Part shown: one piece after another, positions 31,344 to 43,196 of the stretch
Numbering within the stretch: position 1 is the stretch's first letter
How the letters are laid out: each line of letters starts with the position of its first letter
Assembly: GCA_965656935.1 (NCBI GenBank)
Contig: CBFHMG010000003.1
Span: 126,870-190,869 of the forward strand
Direction: 5' to 3'
Origin: an uncultured Rhodobacteraceae bacterium
Lineage (GTDB): Bacteria > Pseudomonadota > Alphaproteobacteria > Rhodobacterales > Rhodobacteraceae
DNA length: 64,000 nt
The notes under the pieces: model-generated
Told to the model about the DNA's origin: nothing
Databases searched by the model: none
Seen by the model: only the letters and a program-made list of their open reading frames with translations
Position numbers and translations under genes: made by a program

Positions 31344-32266
31344 AGGGCCGCCAGAATTGCGCGGGCTTGTGCGCTGTCATTATCCATCTGGGCGATCAGG
31401 GCGTCCAACCCGTCGAATTTCGCTTCGGGCCTGAGGAAATCAATCAGCGCAACAGACATTTCCGCCCCGTAGAGATCACCCGTGAAATCAAAGAGGAAGG
31501 TTTCCAGATTGGGCTCTTCTCCGTTGAACATGGGTCGCACGCCAAGGCTGGCCACGCCGTTATAGCTGCCAGCATGCGGGCCATCGAGCACATCCACCAG
31601 TACGGCATAAACCCCCAAACGCGGCACATGCAGCCCCTCAAGGGACATATTCGCTGTGGGGTAGCCCAATTGTCGCCCGCGCTTCTCACCATGGATGACG
31701 GGGCCCTCAATGCGGTGCCAATGCCCCAGCATTTTCGCGGCATCGCGCGGGAGGCCCTCGCTCAGTGCGGTGCGGATCGCGGTGGAAGACACAGCGCCAC
31801 TTTGGCCTGCAAGCAATTCGGCGATCGTGACATCAAAGCCGCAACGTTTGCCGAATTCGACCAAGCCTTTTGCGGTTCCAATCCGGCCTTTGCCAAAACA
31901 GAAATCCGCGCCAACCACGACATGGGTCAGCCCCAGACCCTCGCTCAGGATATCGCGGGCGAAAGCCTCGGCCTCCAATTCCGACAGGGCGCGGTTGAAG
32001 GGTAATTCATACAAGATATCAACGCCGAGCTTCTCAAGGCGATTGGCCTTGGCCTCGGCATTCATCAAGCGGAACGGGCTGGCATCACGGGCGAAAAACT
32101 CACGCGGATGCGGCTCGAATGTCAGAATGCCAAGGGGGCTGTCATCGCGACGCGCAAGGTCGATGACATGTTGATGGCCCAGATGAACGCCGTCGAAATT
32201 CCCGATCGCGACAGAGGCGCCTCGGTCTTGTGGTCTTACATATTGGTGGTCACGCACGGTCCGCAT
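31340..32266 (-). CDS. ribF: Bifunctional riboflavin kinase / FAD synthetase
   Basis: VAIGNFDGVHLGHQ...GYPTAN...G.RP...E..LFDF.GDLYG. Confidence 0.92.
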   Translation of the reverse strand: MRTVRDHQYVRPQDRGASVAIGNFDGVHLGHQHVIDLARRDDSPLGILTFEPHPREFFARDASPFRLMNAEAKANRLEKLGVDILYELPFNRALSELEAEAFARDILSEGLGLTHVVVGADFCFGKGRIGTAKGLVEFGKRCGFDVTIAELLAGQSGAVSSTAIRTALSEGLPRDAAKMLGHWHRIEGPVIHGEKRGRQLGYPTANMSLEGLHVPRLGVYAVLVDVLDGPHAGSYNGVASLGVRPMFNGEEPNLETFLFDFTGDLYGAEMSVALIDFLRPEAKFDGLDALIAQMDNDSAQARAILAAL

Positions 32267-32309
32267 GAAACGGACTTAAACGCGCTGGATGCAGAGGGCA
32301 AGACGAGGC

Positions 32310-32765
32310 TTAATCGAACTTGCGCGACGGGGCCAAAACCACCGCTTCGCCTTTGAGGACGGGTTTGCCATCGACCAGACAGCGGGTGTCCAGCGTGACG
32401 CGGCGCTTGGTGTAATCAACAGCCGTTACCTCAACCTCGACCCGCACTTGATCACCGGGGCGAACGGGGGCCATGAACTTCAGGGTTTGACCCAGATAGA
32501 CGGTACCATGTCCGGGAAGCTGTTCCCCGATCACAGCCGAGATCAAACCTGCGGTCAGCATGCCATGGGCAATCCGGCCCTCGAAAATGGTATCTTGGGC
32601 GTAATCATCATCAAGATGAACAGGGTTTCTGTCGGTCGAGACTTCGGCAAAAAGCTCAATATCACGATCTGTGACCGTCTTGGTCAGATGGCGCATCATG
32701 CCGATCTCGATATCTTCGATGCAGATCGTGCCGCGCGGCAGGTTATGTGTTGTGTCCAACATCAA
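32310..32765 (-). CDS. MaoC-family (R)-specific enoyl-CoA hydratase/dehydratase
   Basis: FAEVSTDRNPVHLDDDYA....F.GRIAHGML hotdog motif. Confidence 0.8.
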   Translation of the reverse strand: MMLDTTHNLPRGTICIEDIEIGMMRHLTKTVTDRDIELFAEVSTDRNPVHLDDDYAQDTIFEGRIAHGMLTAGLISAVIGEQLPGHGTVYLGQTLKFMAPVRPGDQVRVEVEVTAVDYTKRRVTLDTRCLVDGKPVLKGEAVVLAPSRKFD

Positions 32766-32881
32766 ATAGATTCCCCAGCTTCAATGCGCTTTGAATAGCG
32801 CAAGGAAGGGGTCACGGCAATCCGCTGAGTAATAAAAATTCAATTTAAGGCGATATAACTGCAACTATGTTGCGCGTAGAT

Positions 32882-33754
32882 TTATCGTAGATAGCCGATG
32901 GAATAGGTTGGGTTGGCCTGCGCCTTGGTAAGCATTGCATCAAGTTTCTCTGGCACGGGCTGGCGCTCGGTGCCGGTTTCCTCTTTTGCCAAGCCACCTG
33001 TGATGAACAAGGTGTCGATATTCTCGCCCATGCCGCCTGTGACATCTGTGAAGATGCCATCGCCGACCGCAAGGATACGCTCATCAGCGATATCCTTGCC
33101 GATCTGGCGCAAGCGATTACGCGCAAGGTCATAAATGGGAGGATGCGGCTTGCCGAAATAGAGGCTTTCGCCGCCCATCTCGGTGTAAAGCGCAGCCAAT
33201 GCGCCTGCGCACCACTCACGGCTTTCGCCACGATCCACCACGATATCGGGATTGGCGCAGAGGAATTTCAGGCCTTTGGTTTTGGCCAGCAGGAATTCGG
33301 GGCGCATCACTGCGGGGTCGGCAAGGGGGTCGAACGGGCCTGTGCAGACAATGCCCTCTGCCTCTTCGAGAGGCACTTGTGTGATGCTGACGGGGTTGTC
33401 GATCAACTCCATCGGGTCGAAAAAGCTCTGATCGCGATCTTCCCCGATGAAATAGACCTTTTCGCCCACAGCGCCGCGCAGCATGGCGGCCCGCGCGCTG
33501 TCACCTGAGGTGGCGATCACATCCCATGTGTCGTCAGGCAACCCCATTCTCTCCAATTGCCGTTGCACCGAGCCTCGAGTGCGCGGCGCATTGGTCAGCA
33601 GCAAGACGGTGCCGCCTTTGGCGCGGAAGGCTTGCAAGGCGCTGATCGCTTCGGCGAAGGGTTCGATCCCGTTATGGACGCAGCCCCAGAGGTCGCAAAA
33701 CAGCGCGTCATAACGCTCAGAGATATCGGAGAGGTGCTCGATGATCTGGCTCAT
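32882..33754 (-). CDS. HAD-superfamily class IIA hydrolase (TIGR01459-like)
   Basis: FCDLWGCVHNG (DxxG.. nucleophile motif), LLLTNAPR and AVGDGIFTDV. Confidence 0.75.
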   Translation of the reverse strand: MSQIIEHLSDISERYDALFCDLWGCVHNGIEPFAEAISALQAFRAKGGTVLLLTNAPRTRGSVQRQLERMGLPDDTWDVIATSGDSARAAMLRGAVGEKVYFIGEDRDQSFFDPMELIDNPVSITQVPLEEAEGIVCTGPFDPLADPAVMRPEFLLAKTKGLKFLCANPDIVVDRGESREWCAGALAALYTEMGGESLYFGKPHPPIYDLARNRLRQIGKDIADERILAVGDGIFTDVTGGMGENIDTLFITGGLAKEETGTERQPVPEKLDAMLTKAQANPTYSIGYLR

Positions 33755-33821
33755 TGGGGTCCTGCAATATGGGTCTGGATTGGCGGGCTAAAGAGGCGCC
33801 AAAAGGGAAGGGGCGGGATTG

Positions 33822-33848
33822 AAAAAAAAGCGGCCCGATTGGGCCGCC
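33822..33848 (-). terminator. Rho-independent terminator of ppaC
   Basis: gcggccc/gggccgc stem with loop gatt. On the minus strand it is followed by an 8-T run (plus-strand a-run 33822-33829). Confidence 0.75.
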
Positions 33849-33855
33849 CTTGATA

Positions 33856-34779
33856 TCACATTGTCAGGTTCGGAATGATCTGCTTCTTGCGGCTGACCAC
33901 ACCTGGAAGAACCACTGTGTCGCCATCGCCGACAAGCGTGGCAAAGCTTTTCTCGGCCACTTGCTTGACCAGATCATTGGGCACCAACAGGGTGCTTTGC
34001 TCGTTCAGGATATCCACCACGAAGAGCAGCACCTGATCGGCACCATCTTCGGTTGCAACAGTGGTCATCGTTTCCATCAGGCTGTCCTTACGGGCCAGAA
34101 TGGTGTCGGGCGATGTGGTTTCCAGAACCGAGACGCGGAAGGTCTTGCCGCTGACCTCGAATGTTTTGGAATCCATGCGGAGCAATTCCGCATCCGAGAA
34201 GGTCGAGACATCGGATTTGGCCGCGAACATCTCAGCCGCATAGGAGGGGATATCGATCTCCAGATCCTTTGCCAGTGCTTCTGCAATGGCGTGATCTTCC
34301 TGTGTGGTGGTGGGCGAGCGGAATTCCAGCGTGTCCGACAAGATGCAGGACAGCATCGCACCTTTGATGGCTGTCGGGGCTTGGGCCATGTCCTTTCCGA
34401 TCATTTTATACATGATCGTGGCGGTGCAGGCCAAAGGTTCGATCCGGATATCGATGGGGCCTTTCGTTTCCAGCCCGCCGACCAGTTTGTGGTGGTCGAT
34501 GATCTGGCGGATATCGGTGGCATTGATCGCGTCGGGCAATTCCGCGGGGTTATTGGTGTCAACGATCACAACAGGGGTGTCGGCGGCCACATCCGAGATG
34601 ATCTCGGGCTTTTCTAGCTTCCAGCGCTCCAGCACAAAGGCGGCCTCTGTATTGGGCTCACCCAGAAGACGGGCCTGTGCTTTTACATCCTGAATTTCGT
34701 TAAGATACCACGCCCAGATGATGGGCGAGCCGGTGGAATCCGTATCAGGCGATTTGTGGCCAAAAACGAGAGTGGTCAT
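33856..34779 (-). CDS. ppaC: Family II (Mn-dependent, DHH/DHHA2) inorganic pyrophosphatase
   Basis: VFGHKSPDTDS, VDTNN, IIDHHKL, SDTL.F.SPTTT and GVVSRKKQ. ATG 34779 is preferred over the extended ORF. Confidence 0.88.
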   Translation of the reverse strand: MTTLVFGHKSPDTDSTGSPIIWAWYLNEIQDVKAQARLLGEPNTEAAFVLERWKLEKPEIISDVAADTPVVIVDTNNPAELPDAINATDIRQIIDHHKLVGGLETKGPIDIRIEPLACTATIMYKMIGKDMAQAPTAIKGAMLSCILSDTLEFRSPTTTQEDHAIAEALAKDLEIDIPSYAAEMFAAKSDVSTFSDAELLRMDSKTFEVSGKTFRVSVLETTSPDTILARKDSLMETMTTVATEDGADQVLLFVVDILNEQSTLLVPNDLVKQVAEKSFATLVGDGDTVVLPGVVSRKKQIIPNLTM

Positions 34780-34921
34780 ATGGGTAATCCGTTTGTCGAT
34801 TTGGAGTTTTGCCGCCTTATAGGCGCGGGGCGGTACAATGTCACGAGGGCCATGTGGCGTTGCAATGTCGCAAGAAGAATTAAGGGCGGAAATTGGTGCG
34901 ATTTTTTTTATCGGTGAAGCG

Positions 34922-34949
34922 TTGACAGGGTCGGTTCCCCTCCTTATCT
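34922..34949 (+). promoter_or_regulatory. groESL promoter candidate (TTGACA-N16-TTATCT; the -10 also fits the alphaproteobacterial RpoH CYTATNT)
   Basis: TTGACA at 34922-34927 and cTTATCT at 34943-34949. This places the transcription start at about the 5' edge of the CIRCE element, the usual architecture. Confidence 0.5.
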
Positions 34950-34957
34950 CCCCACTG

Positions 34958-34984
34958 TTGGCACTCACGGAGGGTGAGTGCTAA
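34958..34984 (+). promoter_or_regulatory. CIRCE operator (HrcA binding site)
   Basis: TTGGCACTC-N9-GAGTGCTAA has one mismatch to the consensus TTAGCACTC-N9-GAGTGCTAA. It lies 38 nt upstream of the groES ATG. Confidence 0.9.
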
Positions 34985-35021
34985 CGGGAGAGAAATCACG
35001 AACCTAAGGAGTGTTCGACAA

Positions 35022-35309
35022 ATGGCATTCACACCGCTGCATGACCGTGTTCTTGTGCGCCGCGTTGAGAGCGACGAGAAGACCAAAGGTGGTCTTATCA
35101 TCCCTGAAAGCGCGAAAGAAAAACCAGCTGAAGGCGAAGTCATCGCTTGTGGCGAAGGTGCTCGCAAAGATTCGGGTGAGCTGATCCCGATGGCTGTTAA
35201 AGCGGGCGACCGTGTTCTGTTCGGCAAATGGTCCGGCACAGAGGTCACCGTTGATGGCGAAGAGCTGTTGATCATGAAGGAATCGGACATCCTCGGCCTT
35301 CTCGCCTGA
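35022..35309 (+). CDS. groES: Co-chaperonin GroES
   Basis: [28 protein letters not shown]... Confidence 0.97.
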   Translation: MAFTPLHDRVLVRRVESDEKTKGGLIIPESAKEKPAEGEVIACGEGARKDSGELIPMAVKAGDRVLFGKWSGTEVTVDGEELLIMKESDILGLLA

Positions 35310-35327
35310 GCCGATCCGATTTCTTAA

Positions 35328-37010
<1,683 letters not shown>

Positions 37011-37053
37011 TCCTTTCGCTTTTGCGAAAGGGCATCACCTGCCCGAGTTTGGA

Positions 37054-37082
37054 AAGGCCCCGCAAATGCGGGGCCTTTTTTC
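37054..37082 (+). terminator. Rho-independent terminator of groESL
   Basis: aggccccgc/gcggggcct stem with loop aaat, followed by a T run. Confidence 0.85.
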
Positions 37083-37213
37083 ATTTAAGTATTTTTGAAG
37101 CAAAGATGGGCAGGGCGCGCCACGCTTCTTATCGCTTGTTATGTGAGTGCCCTCTCGGCATGGAAAAGCCCCCGCAAAGCGAGGGCCTTTGGGTAGTGCT
37201 GAGATTGGGTGTG

Positions 37214-37441
37214 TCAGTGCACGCTCACAGGCTCCATGTCATGTTGACGGGCGACATCGAATGCGAGGTCGCGGTTAATGACCAAGGCCAGTTGTTCACC
37301 CTTTTCATTGCCAATCGCATAGAGCCTTTCGACGTCACCGGCTTGTTCGCGGATATTGTCGGGAAGGTCGGCGGCGGCGACTTCGCGGATATAGACAATC
37401 TTGCTGCCATCTTGTGCGATCACGTCATGGGGTTCATGCAT
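37214..37441 (-). CDS. DUF1150-family protein (small-HSP operon partner)
   Basis: 75 aa, with an 8-nt overlap with the upstream Hsp20 gene. IVYIREV......LYAI....G..LAL...RD.AF....H is DUF1150-like. Confidence 0.75.
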   Translation of the reverse strand: MHEPHDVIAQDGSKIVYIREVAAADLPDNIREQAGDVERLYAIGNEKGEQLALVINRDLAFDVARQHDMEPVSVH

Positions 37442-37892
37442 TTGTCTTACCTCCGGTTTTCATTTGTTTTGCATCGGCTTTCTGGGATTTGATCTCGATG
37501 GTGCGCACCACAGTTTCGGGCACGGCGCGGGTGAGATCGATATGCAGCAAGCCATGTTCGGTTGTGGCGCCTGCAACCTCGACACCATCGGCTAGCACGA
37601 AACTGCGCTGAAACTGGCGCCCTGCAATGCCACGATGCAGGAAGACGCGGTTGCTATCCTCATCGGCTTGGCGGCCGCGGATCACCAATTGGCGGTCCTC
37701 AACCGTGATCGAGAGATCATCCTCGCGAAAGCCTGCAACAGCCAAGGTGATACGATAGGCATTTTCGCCGTATTGTTCGATATTATAGGGCGGGTAGCCC
37801 TCATTGCCGGATTTGGCCGTGCGCTCCACCAGCCGTTCAAGCTGGTCGAATCCCAACAGGAAGGGATGGGAGGCAAGTGTCAGTTTCGTCAT
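37434..37892 (-). CDS. ibpA: Hsp20/alpha-crystallin small heat-shock protein (IbpA-like)
   Basis: GYPPYNIE....ENAYRITLAVAGF.EDDLSITVEDR.L.IRG matches the IbpA family. ATG 37892 is preceded by AAGGA at 7 nt. Confidence 0.88.
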   Translation of the reverse strand: MTKLTLASHPFLLGFDQLERLVERTAKSGNEGYPPYNIEQYGENAYRITLAVAGFREDDLSITVEDRQLVIRGRQADEDSNRVFLHRGIAGRQFQRSFVLADGVEVAGATTEHGLLHIDLTRAVPETVVRTIEIKSQKADAKQMKTGGKTNA

Positions 37893-37962
37893 AAGCACAT
37901 CCTTTACAGCAAAGCGATCTGCGCGTTTTGGGCCCCATGATTGGCAGCCCGTCTGTAAGGGA

Positions 37963-37991
37963 ATATGGGATGGTGAATTTGTCCTTGCAAG
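37963..37991 (-). promoter_or_regulatory. RpoH (sigma-32)-type promoter candidate for ibpA-DUF1150
   Basis: The minus strand reads CTTGCA-N16-CCCATAT, close to CTTGAA-N16/17-CC(C)ATNT / CYTATNT. It lies about 70 nt upstream of the ibpA ATG. Confidence 0.45.
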
Positions 37992-38087
37992 GGTTGCTTA
38001 ACCTTTGCCAGCGATGGTTTTGGGAGTATCCTCTCACTCTGCAGTCCGACTCGTTGCGGGAGTGGGCCAGAACAAGGCACGGAATAT

Positions 38088-38309
38088 TTGATGAACGCCC
38101 CGACCGAAATGTCCCATGAGGAGGTGCTGCGCATCAAGTTGGAGGTGCTGCGCCGTGAGCATCGCGATCTTGACGACGCGATCCTCGCCTTGGAGCAGGT
38201 TACGCGGCCCGATCCCCTGACTTTGCGGCGGTTGAAAAAGCAAAAGCTCTTCCTCAAAGACAGCATCGCCAAAATCGAAGATGAACTGACGCCTGATATC
38301 ATTGCGTAA
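38088..38309 (+). CDS. DUF465-family (YdcH-like) small coiled-coil protein
   Basis: L.....HRDLDDAI..L......D.L.L.RLKK.KL.LKD.I..IE matches DUF465. The start may be the internal ATG at 38109. Confidence 0.75.
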   Translation: MMNAPTEMSHEEVLRIKLEVLRREHRDLDDAILALEQVTRPDPLTLRRLKKQKLFLKDSIAKIEDELTPDIIA

Positions 38310-38366
38310 CTTGATCGCGTGGCTATAGTGCGCGCTTCTTTTGATGGGCGCAAAGGGGCGCGGGAT

Positions 38367-38855
38367 ATGGCAGAAATTCAGGTCGGGATCATTATGGGCA
38401 GCCAGTCTGATTGGCCCACAATGCGTGAAGCAGCCGAAATGCTGGATGCGCTTGGCGTGCCCTATGAAACGAAGATCGTATCGGCGCATCGCACGCCTGA
38501 CAGGCTGTGGGAGTATGGCAAAAGCGCTGTCTCCAGAGGGTTGAAAGTGATCATCGCAGGCGCAGGCGGGGCGGCGCATTTGCCAGGCATGATGGCCTCG
38601 AAAACGCGGGTTCCCGTGATTGGGGTGCCGGTTCAGACCAAGGCGCTATCGGGGGTCGATTCGCTCTATTCCATTTTGCAGATGCCACGCGGTTTTCCTG
38701 TTGCCACCATGGCGATCGGGGCAGCGGGGGCCGCGAATGCAGGGTTGATGGCGGCGGGCATCTTGGCCACGCAGGATGAGGAATTGGCCACTCGGCTTGA
38801 TCAATGGCGCGCTGATTTGTCGGCCTCGATCCCTGAGGAACCCGTTGATGAGTGA
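38367..38855 (+). CDS. purE: 5-(carboxyamino)imidazole ribonucleotide mutase
   Basis: [12 protein letters not shown]......L...[13 protein letters not shown]...[10 protein letters not shown]. Confidence 0.93.
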   Translation: MAEIQVGIIMGSQSDWPTMREAAEMLDALGVPYETKIVSAHRTPDRLWEYGKSAVSRGLKVIIAGAGGAAHLPGMMASKTRVPVIGVPVQTKALSGVDSLYSILQMPRGFPVATMAIGAAGAANAGLMAAGILATQDEELATRLDQWRADLSASIPEEPVDE

Positions 38856-39924
38856 GCGTCTTGCGGCAGGATCGGTTATCGGGATTTTGGGCGGCGGCCA
38901 ATTGGGCCGCATGCTATCGATGGCGGCGGCGCGTTTGGGCTATAAGACCCATATTTTCGAGCCTGCCCCAAACCCGCCTGCAGGCGATGTTGCCCATGCA
39001 GTGACAACCGCGGGCTATGATGATCTGGAGGCGTTGAAGCGCTTTGCGCAAAGCTGCGATCTGATCACCTTTGAGTTTGAGAATATACCCGCGCCCGCGC
39101 TGGAAATCCTGTCGCAAACCTGCCCGCTTTTTCCTGATCAACGCGCGCTTGAAACCAGTCAGGATCGCTTGGTGGAAAAGAGCTTTCTGGCGGGGTTGGG
39201 GCTGAAAACGGCAGCATTTGCAGCAATTGACGGGGCCGAAGGGCTTGATGCGGCTTTGGCCAGCACGGCTGTTCCCGCCATCTTGAAGACCCGCCGTTTC
39301 GGTTATGACGGTAAGGGACAAGCCCGTGTGATGGCGCCGGCTGAGGCAAGCGCGGCGTTTGAGAGCCTCAAAGGCGCGCCTGCGATTGCGGAAGGGTTTG
39401 TCGCGTTTTCCAAGGAGATTTCGGTCATTGCAGCCCGTGGGCAAGACGGCTCGATGGCGGCCTTTGATCCGGGTGAGAATGTCCATGTCGATGGCATATT
39501 ATCCACCACCACCGTGCCTGCTGCGATGCCGTCATCGCTGGTCACAGATGCCGTTTTGATCGCCTCGCGCATTCTGAATGCGCTTGAGTATGTCGGTGTG
39601 ATGGGCGTGGAATTATTTGTGACCAAAGACGGCTTGGTCGTGAATGAGATCGCACCTCGGGTGCATAATTCCGGCCATTGGACACAGGCGGGCTGCGCCG
39701 TTGACCAGTTCGAGCAGCATATTCGCGCCATTGCCGGTTGGCCTTTGGGCGACGGCTCGCGGCATGCGAATGTGGTGATGGAAAACCTCATCGGGGATGA
39801 TGTGGAGCGGGTGGCCGAACTTGCAGGCGAGAGAGGCGTGCAGGTGCATCTTTACGGCAAGGCTGAAACACGGCCCGGTCGTAAGATGGCCCATATCAAC
39901 AGGGTGACCGGACCCAACGCATAG
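38848..39924 (+). CDS. purK: 5-(carboxyamino)imidazole ribonucleotide synthase
   Basis: [15 protein letters not shown]-grasp body and HNSGHWT. 8-nt overlap with purE. Confidence 0.92.
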   Translation: MSERLAAGSVIGILGGGQLGRMLSMAAARLGYKTHIFEPAPNPPAGDVAHAVTTAGYDDLEALKRFAQSCDLITFEFENIPAPALEILSQTCPLFPDQRALETSQDRLVEKSFLAGLGLKTAAFAAIDGAEGLDAALASTAVPAILKTRRFGYDGKGQARVMAPAEASAAFESLKGAPAIAEGFVAFSKEISVIAARGQDGSMAAFDPGENVHVDGILSTTTVPAAMPSSLVTDAVLIASRILNALEYVGVMGVELFVTKDGLVVNEIAPRVHNSGHWTQAGCAVDQFEQHIRAIAGWPLGDGSRHANVVMENLIGDDVERVAELAGERGVQVHLYGKAETRPGRKMAHINRVTGPNA

Positions 39925-39926
39925 GG

Positions 39927-40670
39927 TTAGTTCAGTCGCTTCTCGACGAGATCGCCGACGGCCTCGAAGAAGTTCATGTCATGGTTGAACGCACCCGTTT
40001 CCAAGAACGCAACCACCTCGGCGATAACGACGGGGTTGTTCATCATGAAGGTATGAGTGACGGGCAGCGTGATATGGTCGGCCATGCCTGCCACGCCCGT
40101 GCTTTCCACGGCCACCTTGCCATCATCAGGCCCCTCGATCAGTGAGGAGTAGACAGGGTTTAAAGAACGATCCCCTGCGATCACGCCAAGATCGAAATCA
40201 ACGGGCGGCAGCCGGTTCGGGAGGGACCCATCCTCGGTGCCAAGCTGCATGCCTGCGGGGCCATTGATCCATTCAAAGGCCTGTAGATGCCCCAAGACAT
40301 CCACCAGCTCCGATCCGCCATTTGGCGGGGCCAGCATCACCACACGGCCCAAATTTGCGATCTCATGCTCGGCGAAATAATAACGGGCCAAGATGCCGCC
40401 CATGGAATGGGTGACGAAATGGATCGGCTCATCGCCGCATTGTGCGATGGCAGGGTCGATCGTTTCTGGTGCAAGCGTGCTGATCGGGGCTGATGTGGAC
40501 GGGTAACCTTGGTTGAGAACCTGATACCCCTCGCTTTCGAGTGTTTCCTCGATGATCGTCAGTGAGACTTCGCTGCGGGCCAAGCCATGCAGCAAGATCA
40601 CGCATTCCGCCGAGGCGGGCGCGCCGAGGCCGATCAGGCCAAGGCTCAAAACTGTGGTGAAGCGGTTCAT
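39927..40670 (-). CDS. Secreted alpha/beta-fold hydrolase (lipase/esterase-like)
   Basis: Signal peptide [26 protein letters not shown] and nucleophile elbow THSMGG. Confidence 0.7.
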   Translation of the reverse strand: MNRFTTVLSLGLIGLGAPASAECVILLHGLARSEVSLTIIEETLESEGYQVLNQGYPSTSAPISTLAPETIDPAIAQCGDEPIHFVTHSMGGILARYYFAEHEIANLGRVVMLAPPNGGSELVDVLGHLQAFEWINGPAGMQLGTEDGSLPNRLPPVDFDLGVIAGDRSLNPVYSSLIEGPDDGKVAVESTGVAGMADHITLPVTHTFMMNNPVVIAEVVAFLETGAFNHDMNFFEAVGDLVEKRLN

Positions 40671-40758
40671 ACCCTCTATCTAGGGGTTAAGTATGAAACT
40701 TTCGAGAAGGTGGGAGGTCAGCCTTGCGCTACGTCACCCTGCGGGCCAGTGTTACCCC

Positions 40759-41205
40759 ATGATCCGCGCGCGTCCCCGTTTGGCTGTCCGAGGCCTTCTT
40801 CTGATCGAAAACCGTTTGCTACTGGTCAATGCGTGGCCCGAGGGCAAGAGCGATCTTCTCTGCGCGCCGGGCGGCGGTGTTGAGGCGGGCAGTTCCCTGC
40901 CTGACAACCTGATCAGAGAGTTTCATGAAGAAACGGGGCTTGTCATTTCGGTGGGAGAGCCCTGCCTTGTGAACGAGTTTCATGACCCCAATGGCAGTTT
41001 CCATCAGGTGGATGTGTATTTCCGTGTCAGCTTGATCTCGGGTGATCCCGCAGCCCCTTGGACCGATCCCGAAGGGGTTGTGACCGAGCGGCGCTTGGTC
41101 GCGCGCGAAGGGCTTGCAGAGCTGCGCGTCAAACCTGACAGCTTGGCCGAGATCGCTTGGGGGAGCGGGATATTCTATGACCCGCTTGAGCCGATCCTGC
41201 GCTGA
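40759..41205 (+). CDS. NUDIX hydrolase
   Basis: Nudix box GGGVEAGSSLPDNLIREFHEETGL. ATG 40759 is preferred. Confidence 0.8.
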   Translation: MIRARPRLAVRGLLLIENRLLLVNAWPEGKSDLLCAPGGGVEAGSSLPDNLIREFHEETGLVISVGEPCLVNEFHDPNGSFHQVDVYFRVSLISGDPAAPWTDPEGVVTERRLVAREGLAELRVKPDSLAEIAWGSGIFYDPLEPILR

Positions 41206-42044
41206 AACGCCCCTAATCCATAGGCAATTCCGCCAAGCACCAAAACCCCTGCGCCGATCAACCGAAGGCTGGGAGGTTCACTCAGCAGGACGATCCCGCC
41301 CAAAACGGCAATTACAGGCACACAGAGCTGCACCAGACCCGCGACCGAGGCGTCAAGTTTGGGCAGGAGTTGGTACCATAGGGCATAGCCAAGCCCTGAT
41401 GTCACAGCGCCAGAGGTGACCGCAAGGATCAACCCTGTCAGCGTTATGGGCGCGGTTTGCGCGGCCTCGGGCATCACCAAGACGGTGAGCGCACATAAGG
41501 GAACAGCCAACAGAAAATTCGCCGCCGTATCTGCCAAAGGGTCTTTGCTGCCGCGCCCTGCCAGCGAATACAGCCCCCAGCCAAGCGCCGCGACGCACAT
41601 GGCAAGCCCCGCCGCAATGGGCACTGCAACCGCGCCTGTAGGCCAAAGCAGCCAGACCAAACCAGCAAAAGCCAAGCCTGATCCGATCCATCTGCGGGCA
41701 GGCAAGGCATCACCCGCAAGGGCCGCGCCTGCAAACATGGTCACCTGCACCCCGCCAAACAGGATCAAGGCGCCAAGACCCGCATCGAGGCTGAGATAGG
41801 CCACGGAAAACCCGATGAGATAGAGGCTGAGCGTCACCGCCCCCCATAGGCGCGATGGCAAAAGCAGCGCGAGCTGGCGCTTGCCGAGAATGGCAAGGGC
41901 CGCCAGCGTCACCGCGCCCGCAATCACGCGGATCAGCGCGAAATCACTTGCCTCGATATGGCCCGCGCCCACGGCTGCGCGATTGAGGATGGAATTGGCG
42001 GCAAAGGCCAGCATGGTCAGCGCCGTCAGCAAAGCGAGGCGCAT
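41175..42044 (-). CDS. DMT-superfamily (EamA-like) transporter
   Basis: About 10 hydrophobic helices, with a duplicated EamA-like layout. The start ATG at 42044 overlaps the upstream stop (ATGA). The track ORF extension to 42266 is rejected. Confidence 0.75.
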   Translation of the reverse strand: MRLALLTALTMLAFAANSILNRAAVGAGHIEASDFALIRVIAGAVTLAALAILGKRQLALLLPSRLWGAVTLSLYLIGFSVAYLSLDAGLGALILFGGVQVTMFAGAALAGDALPARRWIGSGLAFAGLVWLLWPTGAVAVPIAAGLAMCVAALGWGLYSLAGRGSKDPLADTAANFLLAVPLCALTVLVMPEAAQTAPITLTGLILAVTSGAVTSGLGYALWYQLLPKLDASVAGLVQLCVPVIAVLGGIVLLSEPPSLRLIGAGVLVLGGIAYGLGAFQRRIGSSGS

Positions 42045-43192
42045 CACGAAAGAAACCTCTGCGCGATATCGCCCGAGAGATAGGCCAACCGCCCGCCCGT
42101 GATGGTGGCGGCAACACGTTTGGTCTCGGCCTCCAAGATCGTCAGATCGGCGCGCAGGCCTGTGGTTATATGGCCGCGATCGGCCAGCCCCAGCAGTTCG
42201 GCAGGTCCTGAGGAGACCAAGGCCCAAGCCTGCTGCAAGGGCATACCGCTTTGCACCAGTTTCCAAGCGGCTTGGCGCGGCGCGGGGTAGTGGTAATCCG
42301 AGGCAAGCGCTGTGACATAGCCGCGCTCGATGATCTGGGCGGCAGACACCCTGCCATCATGCGATCCACCGCGAACCAGATTGGGCGCGCCCATGATCAC
42401 GGGATGACCAGCCTCAAAGGCGGTTTTTGCGGCAGCCTCGGTTTCGGGAAATTCGCTTATGACAGCGCCGATACGGGCCATGCGCAGGTGATCTTCGGGG
42501 AAGTGATCATCATGGCTGCCAAGCCGTAGGCCCCGCGCGGTCAGTTTCTGAGCGAGCTTCTCCAGCGCGTCTGGAACCTCGTCTCGCCTTGCATGAAGCC
42601 CCTGCAAAAGCGCCAGATGCGCCTCGGGCGAGCGGCCCGATTTAAGCGCTTGCCCCGTCAGCCGTGGGGGCCGCTTGCCTGCGGCCAAAGCCTTATGGGG
42701 CAGGTGGTCATTGAAGACGACGAATTTGATCCCTGCATGGTCAATCAAGGCCAGTGCACGGTCATATTCATCCAGCAGATTGATCTCGAGCCGTAATTGC
42801 AGCTGCATATCCGTCTGACTGTCGGCGCGCATGGCAAGCCAAGCCTCGGCCATTCGTTCCGCGAAATCGGGGCCGCGCATGCCCCCTTCCCATGAGAAGA
42901 ATTGCGCCAACACGGCGGTGGTGATCCCATTGGCCGCCAATTCCGCATCGGCGGCCTGCAATCCCGCCTCGGGGCTGCCCAAAGCCCCACGGCGCGGGGC
43001 AAGATGGCGTTCGAACCCGTCGCCATGGGCATCCACAATTCCGGGCAGGACGAGATAGCCCGACAAATCAATCTCGCGGCCCGTCTTGGCTGCAATCACA
43101 CCACCGGCCAACGACAAGGGCGCATCGCTCAGCCCGTCAGGGCGCAGCACCTGTGCGCCCGTGATCGTGAGGGGAGGCAGCGGGCTGGTCAC
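42044..43192 (-). CDS. PhnM-family amidohydrolase (alpha-D-ribose 1-methylphosphonate 5-triphosphate diphosphatase-like)
   Basis: 382 aa. LPGIVDAHGDGFE, VVFNDH, GSHDD and ALASDYHYP match the PhnM family as I remember it. Confidence 0.7.
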   Translation of the reverse strand: MTSPLPPLTITGAQVLRPDGLSDAPLSLAGGVIAAKTGREIDLSGYLVLPGIVDAHGDGFERHLAPRRGALGSPEAGLQAADAELAANGITTAVLAQFFSWEGGMRGPDFAERMAEAWLAMRADSQTDMQLQLRLEINLLDEYDRALALIDHAGIKFVVFNDHLPHKALAAGKRPPRLTGQALKSGRSPEAHLALLQGLHARRDEVPDALEKLAQKLTARGLRLGSHDDHFPEDHLRMARIGAVISEFPETEAAAKTAFEAGHPVIMGAPNLVRGGSHDGRVSAAQIIERGYVTALASDYHYPAPRQAAWKLVQSGMPLQQAWALVSSGPAELLGLADRGHITTGLRADLTILEAETKRVAATITGGRLAYLSGDIAQRFLS

Positions 43193-43196
43193 GGGA

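Noticed and set aside
41175-42266. 363-aa version of the EamA transporter ORF
   Set aside because: The first 74 codons overlap the phnM-like gene out of frame and are Arg/Gly-rich. The ATG at 42044 gives a typical DMT N-terminus and an ATGA junction.
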